Position numbers and translations under genes: made by a program. Below the pieces are notes generated by a model, which was given only the letters and a program-made list of their open reading frames with translations, did no database searches and was not told where the DNA came from. A stretch of 64,000 nt of DNA, from contig CAZEWK010000097.1 of NCBI GenBank assembly GCA_964515905.1, positions 23,241-87,240 of the forward strand, written 5' to 3'. Within the stretch, counting starts at the first letter, position 1; the number at the start of each line of letters is the position of its first letter. This DNA comes from an uncultured Rhodospirillaceae bacterium. Lineage in GTDB: Bacteria > Pseudomonadota > Alphaproteobacteria > UBA7887. Below, in pieces: positions 1 to 11,924 of the stretch.

Positions 1-2
1 AC

Positions 3-911
3 CCTATTGGATTGGCAGCCGGGTTTGACAAAAATGGAGCAGCGGTATCATCACTTTTGTCACAGGGCTTCGGGTCAATTGAAATTGGAACGGTCACACC
101 ACTACCCCAAACCGGAAACCCAAAGCCTAGACTATTTCGTCTTTCCGAAGACAAGGCGATAATTAACCGCCTCGGTTTTAACAATCTTGGCGTTTCTGAG
201 ATTGCTAGAAATCTAGCGCATGCCCGACCCTATGCAGGGATCGTTGGAGCAAATATTGGTCCAAACCGTGATAGTGATGATCCCCTAAACGACTACAGAA
301 AATGTTTTACGCTCCTGGCGCCTTTGGTAGATTATTTAGTAGTGAACATTTCCTCCCCAAATACACCGGGCCTTAGAGCATGGCAGGATAAGGATAGCCT
401 AAACAGATTAATTTCAACTCTACTGGATCGCCGAGCCGGTTTATCAAATGCGCGTGGGGGTTCGATCCCCCTATTAATTAAAATAGCTCCGGATCTTAGC
501 GACCGATCTCGCAGGCATATAGCGTCAACTGCGTTGGCACTAAAATTGGATGGCCTCCTAATTTCTAACACCACCGTTTCAAGACCTAAATACCTCAGAA
601 GTAAACATAAATCTGAAACAGGTGGGTTAAGTGGAAAACCTGTCTTCAGAACATCGACAGCTATTCTTGCCGATATGTATAGGCGGGTAAACGGCGAAGT
701 TCCTCTGATTGGCATAGGGGGAGTAGGATCTGGAGAAGATGCATATACTAAACTTCGCGCAGGAGCTTCACTCATTCAGTTTTATACTGCTTTAGTTTTC
801 GATGGACCAAGCATAGTTCCAAAAATTAAATCCGATTTAGCTGCTTTTCTCTCTGCTGACGGTTTTGATAATGTTTCTTCCGTAGTCGGGCTCGATTCTT
901 CAAAATACTAA
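3..911 (+). CDS. pyrD: Quinone-dependent dihydroorotate dehydrogenase (class 2), 5'-truncated by the window edge
   Basis: Frame is open from position 3 (PIGLAAGFDK); motifs GTVTP, NRLGFNN, NISSPNTPGLR, KIAPD, GGLSG. Confidence 0.97.
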   Translation, partial: PIGLAAGFDKNGAAVSSLLSQGFGSIEIGTVTPLPQTGNPKPRLFRLSEDKAIINRLGFNNLGVSEIARNLAHARPYAGIVGANIGPNRDSDDPLNDYRKCFTLLAPLVDYLVVNISSPNTPGLRAWQDKDSLNRLISTLLDRRAGLSNARGGSIPLLIKIAPDLSDRSRRHIASTALALKLDGLLISNTTVSRPKYLRSKHKSETGGLSGKPVFRTSTAILADMYRRVNGEVPLIGIGGVGSGEDAYTKLRAGASLIQFYTALVFDGPSIVPKIKSDLAAFLSADGFDNVSSVVGLDSSKY

Positions 912-1037
912 ACTTGTGTACATACTCCTTACTTGCCGAGATCTTAATACCGATTATACATGTAAAATATCGAGTTACCCTTCTCCTCTACAATGATTGC
1001 GCAACACTTACAAAATAATCCCTCGATAAGGTAAATA

Positions 1038-1913
1038 ATGACAATAGAGTTTTCTAGACATTTTGGCCCACTAGCTAATAATTTCGACGCTTTCATTCTA
1101 GACATATGGGGCGTATTGATGGACGGAGCAGAACCATATCCCGGGGCCCAGGATTGCCTCATACAATTACGGGATTCGGGGAAAGAAATTGTGCTCTTAT
1201 CCAATGCACCACGGCGAGCTTCTTCTGTAGCCGACCGATTGGCGGCGATGGGCATTGACCATACACTTTATGACCGAATCCTAACCTCCGGGGAAGCTAT
1301 ACGTAGTGCACTAAAAGAACGTTCTGTTCCCTATACAAGGAAACTTGGGCGAACCTACCTACACATTGGGCCATCCAAAGACCAACATTTGCTTGAAGGA
1401 CTTAATTATATTGAGTGTAACGAGGTGACTGAAGCAGATTTCATATTAGTAACTGGTGTAATTGATGATACGGATCCATTGGAAAAATATGAAGCCTTGC
1501 TGAAAGCTATTTCTGAAATAGGCATTCCCATGATCTGTGCAAACCCAGACAAAGTTGTAGTACGACAAAATGGCGATCGCGTATTGTGCGCTGGAGCTAT
1601 AGCGGCTCGTTACCAAGAGATTGGTGGAATTTCCTATTATCTTGGAAAACCTTACAGGGAATTCTACGAAACTTGCCTAGGTACCATGAGCGATGTCAGC
1701 CAGGATAGAATCTTAGCGGTTGGAGATACCCTTCACACGGACATCAAAGGAGCCAAACTTATTGGCCTAACCACGGCACTGGTAGTAGGCGGAGTATTAA
1801 CTAAATCACTAGATATTTCTTGGGGGGATTTACCGTCTCGCGTGCGACTAGAACAATTGTGTCTTTCCGAGGGCGTTGCCCCAGAATTCGTTATCCCTGC
1901 GTTCGTTTGGTAA
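1038..1913 (+). CDS. HAD-superfamily subfamily IIA hydrolase (TIGR01459-like)
   Basis: DIWGV motif I, LSNAPR motif II, CANPD, GKP, GDTLHTDI motif IV. Confidence 0.9.
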   Translation: MTIEFSRHFGPLANNFDAFILDIWGVLMDGAEPYPGAQDCLIQLRDSGKEIVLLSNAPRRASSVADRLAAMGIDHTLYDRILTSGEAIRSALKERSVPYTRKLGRTYLHIGPSKDQHLLEGLNYIECNEVTEADFILVTGVIDDTDPLEKYEALLKAISEIGIPMICANPDKVVVRQNGDRVLCAGAIAARYQEIGGISYYLGKPYREFYETCLGTMSDVSQDRILAVGDTLHTDIKGAKLIGLTTALVVGGVLTKSLDISWGDLPSRVRLEQLCLSEGVAPEFVIPAFVW

Positions 1914-1930
1914 AATTACAGTGTCGTGTG

Positions 1931-2644
1931 CTAGTTTCTACCCCACGGACCTTTGCGAGAAGCGTTAAAAAAACTGACAGACCTGTACTTAAAGAGACCA
2001 ATGAGAATTGCACCGGAGAAGAAACCACCGACGTGAGCCAACCAAGCAACACCACCCGTGCCAGGCTGAGTACCGAGCGCGTTAAAAATCTGTAGCGCGA
2101 TCCACCCCAGAAGAACCACCAGTGCAGGAAGACGGATAAAAGTCCAAAATATCCCGAGAAACACAAATGTTAAAATCCTAGCGCGTGGATGTAACAGTAG
2201 GTAGGCTCCAAGAGTTCCCGCAACGGCTCCACTGGCCCCGACCATAGGAATATTTGACGTCGGATCTGAAAACACCTGTACGAGTGCCGCAAGTGACCCG
2301 CACAGTAAATAGAAAACTACGAACATTCCATGCCCCATAGAATCCTCAACATTGTTTCCGAAAATCCAGAGATAGAGCATATTACCACCTAAATGTAGCC
2401 ATCCACCGTGCAGAAACATCGATGTGAGCACAGTGAATTCGGGAGGCACCAGTGTCACTCGGTCTGGTAGTGCACTGAACCCAGCCAACGTGGAAGGTGT
2501 CAAACCCAGTCCGACGATAGTCTGGCCAAAACCAAAAGAAGAAAGTGTCTTTTGCCACAGAAATACGAAACAACAAATCACAATCAGCGCAATTGTTGCC
2601 CAAGGCTTTATGCGGGTTGGTTGATCATCGTAAAAAGGTATCAA
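1931..2644 (-). CDS. Rhomboid family intramembrane serine protease
   Basis: HGGWLHLGGNMLYLWIFG, catalytic GASGA, AHVGG; several hydrophobic helices. Confidence 0.95.
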   Translation of the reverse strand: MIPFYDDQPTRIKPWATIALIVICCFVFLWQKTLSSFGFGQTIVGLGLTPSTLAGFSALPDRVTLVPPEFTVLTSMFLHGGWLHLGGNMLYLWIFGNNVEDSMGHGMFVVFYLLCGSLAALVQVFSDPTSNIPMVGASGAVAGTLGAYLLLHPRARILTFVFLGIFWTFIRLPALVVLLGWIALQIFNALGTQPGTGGVAWLAHVGGFFSGAILIGLFKYRSVSFFNASRKGPWGRN

Positions 2645-2691
2645 TGGCCCAGATCTTTGATCATTTTATAATAGTTTCATTCCATTGGCAT

Positions 2692-3630
2692 TCAGATGGA
2701 TTCACTAAAAGCGGTTTTTAGAGCCACCCCAGCAGCATCGGATGCCGCCCTCGCATCAGACAGAAGGCCCGGAGCTTGAAAAAATGCATGTGTCATCCGA
2801 GAAAAAAGCCTGTATTCGACTGGAACGCCTGCTGCACTCAATTTTTGAACGTAAGCTTTACCTTCGTCCACTAAAGGATCTATACCGGCGGCGATCACTA
2901 ATGCTGGCGGCAGACCACTATGATCGGAAGCATGAAGGGGCGCACAACGCCAATCAGTGCGCTGATCTACATCTGGCACATACTGGTTCCAAAAGTAGGC
3001 CATTCGATGACCCGGTAGCATCGGGGCATTGGCGTAAGTTGTATAAGATTCGCGGCTAAGATCAGAATCAACCACCGGATAAATTAGCAACTGGAACGCC
3101 AGATTAGGTCCTTTTTCTCGAGCGGCAATCGCTGTTACTGCAGCTAGATTCCCACCGGCACTATCGCCTCCAACAGCTACGCGCGTTGGATCACCATCTA
3201 ATTTATCAGCATGAGTGACGATCCATTGAAGTGCTGCCAACGAGTCAGAAACAGCTGCGGGAAACGGGCTTTCGGGTGCCAGTCTATACTCCACAGATAT
3301 GCTTATGCATCCAGCGGCAGCAGTAAGACCACGAACGCCTCTATCGTGACTATCTAGGCTTCCCAAAACCCAGCCGCCTCCGTGGTAATAAACCAGGATG
3401 GGAAAAGGCCCTTTACCCCTTGGCTTGTATAACCGCGCCGACATCGCTCCCGTTGGGCCCGGAATCTCAAAATCTTTAACGGAATCTACTTCGTCATAGG
3501 GACCGTAGAACCTTGTTGCCCTGTCGTCAGTGATCTGACGTGCCTCCGAAGGCGGCACCAGTGTCTGATCTGGGTACTCTGCAGCAGCAAGGGATTCAAG
3601 CAGTGATTCTAATTCTGGATGTATATCCAT
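2692..3630 (-). CDS. Alpha/beta hydrolase, HSL-like (family IV) esterase/lipase
   Basis: HGGG oxyanion hole, YRLAPE, GDSAG nucleophile, DPL and H-A-F triad region; start moved to the ATG at 3630, which has a GGAGAG RBS. Confidence 0.93.
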   Translation of the reverse strand: MDIHPELESLLESLAAAEYPDQTLVPPSEARQITDDRATRFYGPYDEVDSVKDFEIPGPTGAMSARLYKPRGKGPFPILVYYHGGGWVLGSLDSHDRGVRGLTAAAGCISISVEYRLAPESPFPAAVSDSLAALQWIVTHADKLDGDPTRVAVGGDSAGGNLAAVTAIAAREKGPNLAFQLLIYPVVDSDLSRESYTTYANAPMLPGHRMAYFWNQYVPDVDQRTDWRCAPLHASDHSGLPPALVIAAGIDPLVDEGKAYVQKLSAAGVPVEYRLFSRMTHAFFQAPGLLSDARAASDAAGVALKTAFSESI

Positions 3631-3748
3631 AGTCGACTCTCCAAAACTAATTCCTGTCCGTAATGCTATGCGGGGTCGAGTAAAAACGATAGAATTATGC
3701 AAAGCAAAACTAATCAAACTTCACATTTAGGGATAACTCTACAAAGCT

Positions 3749-5902
3749 ATGGCTGGCAACAAAAAAGATACTATGTTGGCTTGGGAAGCTCTGGCGGGGA
3801 AAGAGTTGAAGGGCCAGGCTCTGGATAGTCTAACCCGAAAAACTCCAGAAGGCATTGAAATAAAACCCCTTTATACGGTAGACGACTTAGCAACTATCGA
3901 TCACGTCAACACATTCCCGGGCATACCACCCTTTGTACGTGGCCCGCGTGCCACGATGTATTCGGGACGACCGTGGACAGTGCGGCAATATGCTGGCTTC
4001 TCAACAGCAGAAGAGTCAAATCGATTCTACCGTGAAAACTTGCGTGCAGGCCAAAAAGGGCTATCGGTGGCTTTCGACCTTGCCACCCATCGCGGCTATG
4101 ATTCGGACCATCCTAGAGTTATCGGCGATGTAGGAAAAGCTGGCGTGGCTATAGATTCGGTCGAAGACATGAAAATTTTATTCAAGGACATTCCCCTGAA
4201 CCAAATGAGTGTTTCAATGACCATGAATGGCGCTGTCCTCCCAGTGCTAGCAGGATTTATCGTTGCTGCCGAGGAACAAGGAGTCGAACCGGAAAGACTA
4301 ACTGGCACAATCCAAAATGATATCCTGAAAGAGTTTATGGTTAGGAACACCTATATATATCCACCAGAACCCAGCATGCGAATTGTTGCAGATATTATTC
4401 AGTATACGGCCCAACACATGCCAAAGTTCAATTCAATATCTATTTCTGGATACCACATGCAGGAGGCTGGAGCGACGTCCGTTCAAGAGCTAGCCTTCAC
4501 ATTGGCTGATGGCATAGAATACGTCCGTGCAGCCCTTGCGCGGGGCCTACACATAGATGACTTTGCGCCACGGCTTTCATTTTTTTTCTGCATCGGCATG
4601 AATTTTTTTATGGAAGTAGCTAAATTAAGAGCTGCCCGACTTTTGTGGTCAAAGCTTATGAACCAATTTTCTCCAAACAATCCGATGAGCCTTGCGCTTA
4701 GGACACATTGTCAAACCTCAGGCGTTAGTCTCACGGAACAGGACCCACACAACAATATTGTCAGGACTACTATTGAAGCAATGGCGGGAATTTTAGGCGG
4801 AACACAATCCCTGCACACTAACTCTTTTGATGAAGCAGTTGCATTACCGACTCCATTTTCGGCTAGGATTGCGAGGAATACGCAACTTATTCTTCAAGAA
4901 GAAGCTGGGCTTACAGACGTTGTCGACCCTCTTGGCGGCAGTTATTACATAGAATCCTTAACTTCGAGTTTGGTGCTCCATGCAGAAAAATTGCTCCTGG
5001 AAATTGATGAGGCTGGTGGAATGACGAAAGCGGTCGCTGCCGGAATACCAAAAATGCATATAGAAGAGGCAGCAGCAGCCCGACAAGCCCGCATTGAACA
5101 AAATCAACAGATTGTTGTCGGTGTGAATAAATACGTTCTAAAAAATGAGCCAACAATCGATACTTTGGAGATTAACAATTCAGAGGTTCGGTCAAAGCAA
5201 ATATTAAGGCTCAAGCAAGTTAAAGACTCAAGAAACGCTGAATTAGTTCATCAAACGCTTTCCGCTTTAAGCGACGCAGCCATAAAAGGAAAAGGTAATT
5301 TACTGGACTTGTCAATCAATGCTATGAGGGCCCGTGCAACTGTGGGGGAAGTTTCTGATGCTCTAGAAGAAAACTTTTCGCGGCATCGTGCCGTCCCACA
5401 GAACATATCAGGAGTGTATGGAACAGCTTATGAGGCTGATAAAACTTTCATGGATATTCAAAAAAAGGTCGCGGATTTCGCAAAAAATGAAGGTCGCCAG
5501 CCGAGAATGCTGGTGGTCAAACTAGGGCAGGATGGACATGATCGAGGCGCTAAGGTCATAGCCACAGCATTCGCGGATATCGGTTTCGACGTGGACATGG
5601 CCCCTTTATTTCAAACACCAGAAGAAGCCGCACGCCAGGCTGTTGAGTCAGACGCCCATGTTGTAGGGGTCTCCACACAAGCGGCAGGTCATAAAACTTT
5701 GGTGCCAGACTTGATCAACTCTCTAAAGACACTCGATGCCCCCAACGTGATTGTTGTATGCGGCGGAGTTATTCCAACAAAAGACTACGACTTTCTCAAA
5801 ACATGCGGCGTCGCTGCCATTTATGGACCAGGCACCAACATTCCCGAAGCCGCTCAAGAAATATTGAAATTGATCAGCTATCAAAACTATAGAAAACAAT
5901 AA
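3749..5902 (+). CDS. scpA: Methylmalonyl-CoA mutase (adenosylcobalamin-dependent)
   Basis: [33 protein letters not shown], and B12-binding DxHxxG (QDGHDRG). Confidence 0.98.
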   Translation: MAGNKKDTMLAWEALAGKELKGQALDSLTRKTPEGIEIKPLYTVDDLATIDHVNTFPGIPPFVRGPRATMYSGRPWTVRQYAGFSTAEESNRFYRENLRAGQKGLSVAFDLATHRGYDSDHPRVIGDVGKAGVAIDSVEDMKILFKDIPLNQMSVSMTMNGAVLPVLAGFIVAAEEQGVEPERLTGTIQNDILKEFMVRNTYIYPPEPSMRIVADIIQYTAQHMPKFNSISISGYHMQEAGATSVQELAFTLADGIEYVRAALARGLHIDDFAPRLSFFFCIGMNFFMEVAKLRAARLLWSKLMNQFSPNNPMSLALRTHCQTSGVSLTEQDPHNNIVRTTIEAMAGILGGTQSLHTNSFDEAVALPTPFSARIARNTQLILQEEAGLTDVVDPLGGSYYIESLTSSLVLHAEKLLLEIDEAGGMTKAVAAGIPKMHIEEAAAARQARIEQNQQIVVGVNKYVLKNEPTIDTLEINNSEVRSKQILRLKQVKDSRNAELVHQTLSALSDAAIKGKGNLLDLSINAMRARATVGEVSDALEENFSRHRAVPQNISGVYGTAYEADKTFMDIQKKVADFAKNEGRQPRMLVVKLGQDGHDRGAKVIATAFADIGFDVDMAPLFQTPEEAARQAVESDAHVVGVSTQAAGHKTLVPDLINSLKTLDAPNVIVVCGGVIPTKDYDFLKTCGVAAIYGPGTNIPEAAQEILKLISYQNYRKQ

Positions 5903-5962
5903 AGTCTGAAACACAATTTTCACAACAAACCCATATAAATTACGTATCGAAGGATCGATCTA

Positions 5963-6958
5963 TTGGGTAAAAACCTACCTAGCGATTTAGGAAATACCAG
6001 GCTTAGTATACGAAACGGGAACCGTCGTGCACTTGCTCAAGCAATTACATTAATCGAATCTACTAGACCAGACCACCGTGTAGAAGCAGAAGACCTATTA
6101 GGAACTTTACTGAAATATACCGGAGAAAGCATTCGTCTAGGCATATCCGGGCCACCTGGTGTAGGAAAATCTACCTTCATTGAAGCGTTGGGAAGTTTTC
6201 TGATTGATAACGGATATAAGATTGCCGTTCTAGCAATCGATCCATCTAGTAAGAAAGGGCACGGTTCTGTTCTCGGAGATAAAACACGTATGCCTAGAAT
6301 ATCTAATTCAGAAAAAGCTTTTATTCGGCCCACTCCGAGCAGTGGATCACTTGGCGGTGTTGCAAGGAGGACACGTGAAGCAATGCTCCTTTGTGAGGCA
6401 GCCGGACACGACGTGATCATGGTCGAAACTGTTGGAGTTGGTCAATCAGAAACAGCCGTGAAAGATATGGTTGATATTTTTATACTCCTTGCACAACCCG
6501 CCAGCGGAGATGAACTGCAGGGTATAAAAAAAGGAATTATGGAGATGGCGGATCTCTTGATTGTCAATAGAGCCGATGGCGACTTATTGGCCGCCGCTAG
6601 TCGTACACAAGCCGACTACCACAGCGCACTGCGGCTGCTTGGAACACCTAAGAATGATTGGTCTACGCCAGTATTGAAGTGTTCTGCATTATACGATGAA
6701 GGGATACCAGCTGTTTGGGATGAAATAGAAAAATATTCATCGCTTGCAAAAAATAATGGTTTGTTCAGTCAAGTGCGACGAGACCAAGCTGTCGCCTGGA
6801 TGTGGAGCGAGATAGAAGGCACTCTGTCTGAACAGTTTAGGTCCGGGAAGAATATAAAAAACAAGATAGATGAATTTGAAAAAGATGTGGCAAACGGAAT
6901 CCTAAACCCTTCTGCAGCTGCTAAATCATTAGTCGCGACCTTTTTAAGTGATAACTAG
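5963..6958 (+). CDS. meaB: Methylmalonyl-CoA mutase-associated GTPase
   Basis: GPPGVGKST P-loop, DPSS, GDKTRM, ETVGVGQSE, GDELQGIKKG; directly downstream of scpA. Confidence 0.96.
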   Translation: MGKNLPSDLGNTRLSIRNGNRRALAQAITLIESTRPDHRVEAEDLLGTLLKYTGESIRLGISGPPGVGKSTFIEALGSFLIDNGYKIAVLAIDPSSKKGHGSVLGDKTRMPRISNSEKAFIRPTPSSGSLGGVARRTREAMLLCEAAGHDVIMVETVGVGQSETAVKDMVDIFILLAQPASGDELQGIKKGIMEMADLLIVNRADGDLLAAASRTQADYHSALRLLGTPKNDWSTPVLKCSALYDEGIPAVWDEIEKYSSLAKNNGLFSQVRRDQAVAWMWSEIEGTLSEQFRSGKNIKNKIDEFEKDVANGILNPSAAAKSLVATFLSDN

Positions 6959-6966
6959 CTTACACC

Positions 6967-6995
6967 TTGACCAATCCGCCTTGCTCGCATAGAAC
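6967..6995 (+). promoter_or_regulatory. Putative sigma70 promoter of rpmB
   Basis: TTGACC-N17-TAGAAC, about 65 bp upstream of the rpmB ATG. Confidence 0.55.
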
Positions 6996-7058
6996 TTCGC
7001 GACCAACGGACTTGATGTCCAAAGTTTATTTTAACACTAGAAATATGGGACAAATATA

Positions 7059-7340
7059 ATGGCCCGGCGCTGCGATTTGACTGGCCGCACTATACAAAGC
7101 GGCAACAACGTTAGTCACGCGAATAATAGAACACGTCGACGTTTCCTGCCAAATTTACAGAATATTTCTTTGTATAGTGAAATATTGAAACAAACCGTTA
7201 GGTTCCGTGCCACAGCATATGCAATAAGATCTGTGGAACACCGCGGCGGCCTGGACTCCTTTTTGAGGAAATCTCACGATGCGGACCTGTCGTTACACGC
7301 GCGACGCATTAAGCGCCGAATAATGAAAAATACACAGTAG
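7059..7340 (+). CDS. rpmB: 50S ribosomal protein L28
   Basis: MARRCDLTG...[20 protein letters not shown] signature. Confidence 0.98.
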   Translation: MARRCDLTGRTIQSGNNVSHANNRTRRRFLPNLQNISLYSEILKQTVRFRATAYAIRSVEHRGGLDSFLRKSHDADLSLHARRIKRRIMKNTQ

Positions 7341-7366
7341 TAGAATTATCCATAAATATAAAAGCC

Positions 7367-8320
7367 CTAATATTCTAATTCAAACATCATCAATAGTGTT
7401 CGCTGTTCTACGCTGTAGTTGTCATCTGAAACAAAATAAATATACGTAGAACCTTTCTGATTGCGGCGTAACGCTAGACCTTCGAAATTATCTAAAGGTA
7501 ACGGCGCGATTAGGCGCACAAATTCTCGCGCTTTAACAGTTCTTTGCTTCAGTACCTGGGCCAGATCCAAAATCATAAGCCGAGCAGAAACACCTCTGGT
7601 TTTTGTATACCCCCTTTCTAGCACGAGCACCTGCTCTTTATCTAATCCAACCGCGTCGCTAGGTCTATAATAACCATCATAATGGTAGGAAAATGAACCT
7701 AAATTCACACCGTCAAGAATCCAACCGCGTACGGTGCTTTCTGCATCTGGACTTTCGGACAAAGCCAACAATAGATGCTCATCGAGTAAAGCCAACGATT
7801 CGATCCCTCTATTAGAGGGAAATAAATTTAAAGCGGCACCCAACAGAAAACTATGGGCATGAGAAAAAACATTTTGGTACCTCCATAATCGGTGGTCTCG
7901 TTCGAATGCAACTACTAATCCCCCATTTACCAATCGGATAACGGCTTCCGCATCCATCGATTTTGCATGTTCTGAGCCCACTGAAGCCATCGATAACATG
8001 GGTAATATATCGGAGAACCTGACTGAAGCCAGATTCCCCATTGTGTCGTATACAAGAGACCCCATAATCCACCACCCCTTGTCTGAAATAGCAGTAACTT
8101 GTGTGCCAGAATTGTCCAACACCAGGCCAGAAAGACCCCCAAAACGAAAATCATCAGAGGATAATTCAAAACCGCCCTTATATGTGATTGCTCCTCCATT
8201 CCCTGATAAACGAACGTCTGTTTCAATCGCAAGGGGATGAGCAAGAACATTAATTGGTTCTGCAGTAGCGTTGAACACGCATAAGAGCCAGCCAACAATG
8301 ATAAAAAAAACTTTAATCAT
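7367..8320 (-). CDS. Exported 'esterase-like activity of phytase' family protein
   Basis: Signal peptide; FGGLSGL, SDKG, DAE, N-x-G-I-E, LER, DNFEG, SDDN motifs. Confidence 0.85.
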   Translation of the reverse strand: MIKVFFIIVGWLLCVFNATAEPINVLAHPLAIETDVRLSGNGGAITYKGGFELSSDDFRFGGLSGLVLDNSGTQVTAISDKGWWIMGSLVYDTMGNLASVRFSDILPMLSMASVGSEHAKSMDAEAVIRLVNGGLVVAFERDHRLWRYQNVFSHAHSFLLGAALNLFPSNRGIESLALLDEHLLLALSESPDAESTVRGWILDGVNLGSFSYHYDGYYRPSDAVGLDKEQVLVLERGYTKTRGVSARLMILDLAQVLKQRTVKAREFVRLIAPLPLDNFEGLALRRNQKGSTYIYFVSDDNYSVEQRTLLMMFELEY

Positions 8321-8344
8321 TTAATAAAATATCTAAATTATGAT

Positions 8345-10216
8345 TTAAGCGTGGGCCTTTACGCGAACCGGACGATTTAAATTCTTATCCGATTCATCTT
8401 CAAACAACTCGGCAAGTTTTTCGGTCATAATACCGCCCAACTGTTCCGCATCAACAATCGTGACAGCACGGCGATAATAGCGAGTAACATCATGACCAAT
8501 TCCAATAGCTACCAGTTCAATGGGTGATATCGATTCTATCCAACCGATAACTTCCCGCAAATGACGATCCAGATAATTTCCTGAATTCACCGAAAGCGTA
8601 GAGTCATCAACAGGCGCACCGTCAGAAATCACCATTAAAATTCGTCTTTGCTCAGGCCTGCCCAAGAGTCTCTCGTGAGCCCAAAGTAGCGCCTCCCCAT
8701 CTATATTCTCCTTGAGCAAGCCTTCTCGCAACATCAAACCTAGGTTTCGTCGCCCTCTCCGATAGGGCATATCAGCCGTCTTGTATATTATATGCCTGAG
8801 TTCATTGAGGCGTCCTGGATTGCTGGGTTTACCATCCGCAAGCCATCGCTCTCTAGCTCGACCGCCTTTCCAAGCCCTAGTAGTAAAGCCTAAAATTTCG
8901 ACTTTTACACCGCATCTTTCCAGTGTCCTTGCAAGAATATCAGCACTCATAGCCGCAACAGTTATTGGTCTACCACGCATAGACCCTGAATTATCCAGCA
9001 GTAGCGTTACTACAGTATCTCGGAACGTCGTTTCTTTTTCGATTTTGTACGACAAAGGATAAGTTGGGTTGGCAACTATGCGTGCCAAGCGTGCCGTATC
9101 CAACAAGCCTTCATCTAGGTCGAACTGCCAGGATCGTGTTTGTTTAGCTAACAAGCGACGCTGCAAACGATTAGCAAGTCGGGTGATAATCCCCTGGAGG
9201 CTGGTTAATTGCTGATCAAGATGCATTCGCAAGCGACTTAATTCATCGGGCGCACACAACTCACTTGCATCAACGACTTCGTCGAATTCAGCATCAAAGG
9301 CTTTATATCCGTTTCTCATGTTAGAACCATCAAATGGAGGGCGCCAGGGGTCGCCTTTTGTATCCGCTTCTTCTCCCTCGACAAGTTCACCATCATCAGC
9401 AATTTCAGCTTCCAGTTCATCCGAATCAACTATATCAATGTCGGAATCCGAAGCGCTGTCGGTGCTTAAAGTATCAACTGTTGTATCTGAATCTTCTCCC
9501 TCCCCTTCTCCTTCTCCGTCAATATCGTCCTCCTCACCCTCTGAGTCCGTTCCATCTGAATCTAGGTCAGATTCATTCTGATCTTCATCCGCAAGTTCTA
9601 GATGAGCAATTAGTCGCCGGACTAACTTGGAATAATCTCCTTGTTTTTCAACTAAATCCGCCAATTGTTCAAAATCGTTTCCAATTTTATCCTCCAACCA
9701 AGGTCTCCAGAGCTCTAGGAGCCCTGTGCCAGATGGAGGTGGCTTAGCGCCGGTAATATGTTGTCTAACAAGCATCCGTACAGCCTCCGCAAGAGGCGCT
9801 TGCTCACGGTCGTTAACGCTATCAAAACCTTTTTTCTTATATTGGGCTTCATGCATTGCCTCTAGATTGCGAGCTATCCCTGGCATACGGCGAGCTCCAA
9901 TAGCTTCACATCTGACTTGTTCCACTGCATCATATATGTCCCGGGCCAGCTTTCCTGGTGGGCAACGCGATGAATGTAAGGCTACATTGTGATGTCGTAG
10001 GCGAAGTGCAAGTGAATCTCCAGCACCCCGAATCTGTGCTAGCTCGTCTAAAGTGGGTTCTCGCGGAGGAAGAGGTAACTGCACGTTCTCTCCTTCGACC
10101 GATGCAGCGTTCGCGCTAAAGGATACATTGAGCTCGGCTGATTTAGCGATTGTCCTTACAACGCCGCCAACCGCCCTTTTAAATTCATCAACTTGATCAG
10201 TCGGCGAATTACTCAT
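8345..10216 (-). CDS. cobT: Cobaltochelatase subunit CobT (vWA domain)
   Basis: RGAGDSLAL, long acidic linker, [36 protein letters not shown]; start moved to MSNSP at 10216. Confidence 0.96.
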   Translation of the reverse strand: MSNSPTDQVDEFKRAVGGVVRTIAKSAELNVSFSANAASVEGENVQLPLPPREPTLDELAQIRGAGDSLALRLRHHNVALHSSRCPPGKLARDIYDAVEQVRCEAIGARRMPGIARNLEAMHEAQYKKKGFDSVNDREQAPLAEAVRMLVRQHITGAKPPPSGTGLLELWRPWLEDKIGNDFEQLADLVEKQGDYSKLVRRLIAHLELADEDQNESDLDSDGTDSEGEEDDIDGEGEGEGEDSDTTVDTLSTDSASDSDIDIVDSDELEAEIADDGELVEGEEADTKGDPWRPPFDGSNMRNGYKAFDAEFDEVVDASELCAPDELSRLRMHLDQQLTSLQGIITRLANRLQRRLLAKQTRSWQFDLDEGLLDTARLARIVANPTYPLSYKIEKETTFRDTVVTLLLDNSGSMRGRPITVAAMSADILARTLERCGVKVEILGFTTRAWKGGRARERWLADGKPSNPGRLNELRHIIYKTADMPYRRGRRNLGLMLREGLLKENIDGEALLWAHERLLGRPEQRRILMVISDGAPVDDSTLSVNSGNYLDRHLREVIGWIESISPIELVAIGIGHDVTRYYRRAVTIVDAEQLGGIMTEKLAELFEDESDKNLNRPVRVKAHA

Positions 10217-10224
10217 TAACCTAA

Positions 10225-11229
10225 TTACCCTAGCGCCAATACAGCAGCCGACTCTGGCAGCTCTTCCCCCATACAACGCTGATAATATTCCGCTATCAAT
10301 GGGCGCTCAAGTTCATCACACTTATTCAAAAACGTGGTCCTAAAACCAAAGGAAATATCATTAAAAATTTCTGCGTTCTCTGCCCAGGTAATGACAGTTC
10401 TTGGAGACATGACGGTTGAAATATCGCCATTTACAAAACCGGATCGTGTTAAGGCAGCAACATCCACCATAGCAGAAATTGTTTTTCGGCCCTGCTCAGT
10501 ATCATACGAATTGACTTTAGCCTGAACTATTTCCACCTCTTTATCGTGGGCCAAATAATTGAGTGCCGCAACGATATTCCAACGATCCATTTGTCCTTGG
10601 TTTATCTGTTGTGTCCCGTGATACAAGCCGGATGTATCCCCAAGGCCAATCGTGTTAGCTGTGGCAAAAAGTCGGAACGCCGGATGAGGATGTATGATAC
10701 GATTTTGATCGAGTAATGTCATTTTACCATCAACTTCTAGAATACGCTGTATTACAAACATGACATCAGGTCTACCGGCGTCATATTCATCGAAGACTAA
10801 TGCTGTCGGAGACTGAAGTGCCCATGGCAACATCCCTTCCCGAAATTCTGTAATCTGCTTGCCATCACGAACAACTATTGCATCCTTACCTATCAAGTCG
10901 ATACGACTGATATGACTATCCAAATTAATTCGAATACACGGCCAGTTTAAACGAGCCGCTACTTGCTCTATATGCGTCGATTTCCCGGTGCCATGATACC
11001 CCTGAATTAAAACACGACGGTTGTGGGCAAATCCCGCAAGTATAGCTAGCGATGTTTCGGGATCAAATTTGTAGGAGGTGTCAACAGCAGGTACATAGTC
11101 ATCTGACTCAGAGAAAGCCGGCACTTCCATATCGGTATCAATACCAAACGTCTGCCGCACGGATACAGTGATATCTGGTCGCCGTATCGTTGCCCCATTT
11201 GTGGCATTAGCAGAATTAGTTTCCATCAT
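10225..11229 (-). CDS. cobS: Cobaltochelatase subunit CobS (AAA+ ATPase)
   Basis: GYHGTGKST Walker [12 protein letters not shown] Walker B, MDRW, SPRTV. Confidence 0.97.
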   Translation of the reverse strand: MMETNSANATNGATIRRPDITVSVRQTFGIDTDMEVPAFSESDDYVPAVDTSYKFDPETSLAILAGFAHNRRVLIQGYHGTGKSTHIEQVAARLNWPCIRINLDSHISRIDLIGKDAIVVRDGKQITEFREGMLPWALQSPTALVFDEYDAGRPDVMFVIQRILEVDGKMTLLDQNRIIHPHPAFRLFATANTIGLGDTSGLYHGTQQINQGQMDRWNIVAALNYLAHDKEVEIVQAKVNSYDTEQGRKTISAMVDVAALTRSGFVNGDISTVMSPRTVITWAENAEIFNDISFGFRTTFLNKCDELERPLIAEYYQRCMGEELPESAAVLALG

Positions 11230-11278
11230 GGATTAGTGTCCTATTACTCATTACTTGTTTTTGAAAAGATGCTCAGGG

Positions 11279-11812
11279 TTAGGTGTCTTGGATTAAGAAA
11301 TCATACGCCTTTTGTATGGCAACAAATTTTTTTTCTGCATTTTTACTTCCACCATTTGCGTCTGGGTGATGTTTCTTAGCCAAACTTTTATAACGTGATT
11401 TGATTGCTTCAAGTGGCGCGAACCTATCTAACCCCAAATGTGCAAGGGCCGCATCTCGCGGAGTATGAGGGCGGCTTATTTCCTGTTTTCCAAGAAGCGA
11501 GAATGGATCAACGATTTGCTGCACATTAGGGCCCGCGCCCATCGGCCAACTTGGTCTATCCCAAACCGTATCTCGCTTCCTTATTTCTTCAATCTGTTCC
11601 TCATTCAAACCAGCAAAAAAGTTCCACGATTGGTTATAGGTCCGGACATGCTCCAAACAAAACCATCGGAATTGTCTAAGGGCAGTCCGCGATTTTGGGG
11701 CCCGAAACTCTCCATCCGATTCGCAACCCGGCCATTCACAAACTTGGTGTGGATGTTCCAAGGTTGGCCTCCCTGGGAGTGCCATATGCCGTTTGAGGTG
11801 TCCATAGGCCAT
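11279..11812 (-). CDS. J-domain protein with an N-terminal Cys/His motif
   Basis: C-terminal J domain with HHPD; N-terminal CEWPGC...FCLEHVR; sits next to cobST/bolA. Confidence 0.9.
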   Translation of the reverse strand: MAYGHLKRHMALPGRPTLEHPHQVCEWPGCESDGEFRAPKSRTALRQFRWFCLEHVRTYNQSWNFFAGLNEEQIEEIRKRDTVWDRPSWPMGAGPNVQQIVDPFSLLGKQEISRPHTPRDAALAHLGLDRFAPLEAIKSRYKSLAKKHHPDANGGSKNAEKKFVAIQKAYDFLIQDT

Positions 11813-11924
11813 ACAATTAATATGCGCGAGTTACGGAATACTAGCAAGCGCAGGAACATAATTTCGCGTCAACAGTGTTACAACAAGACATTGAAAAAAA
11901 TCCTGTGATAACTAGTCTGTTTTC

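Noticed and set aside
9330-9600. Low-complexity GA-rich stretch in cobT as a repeat element
   Set aside because: It encodes the acidic linker expected in CobT.
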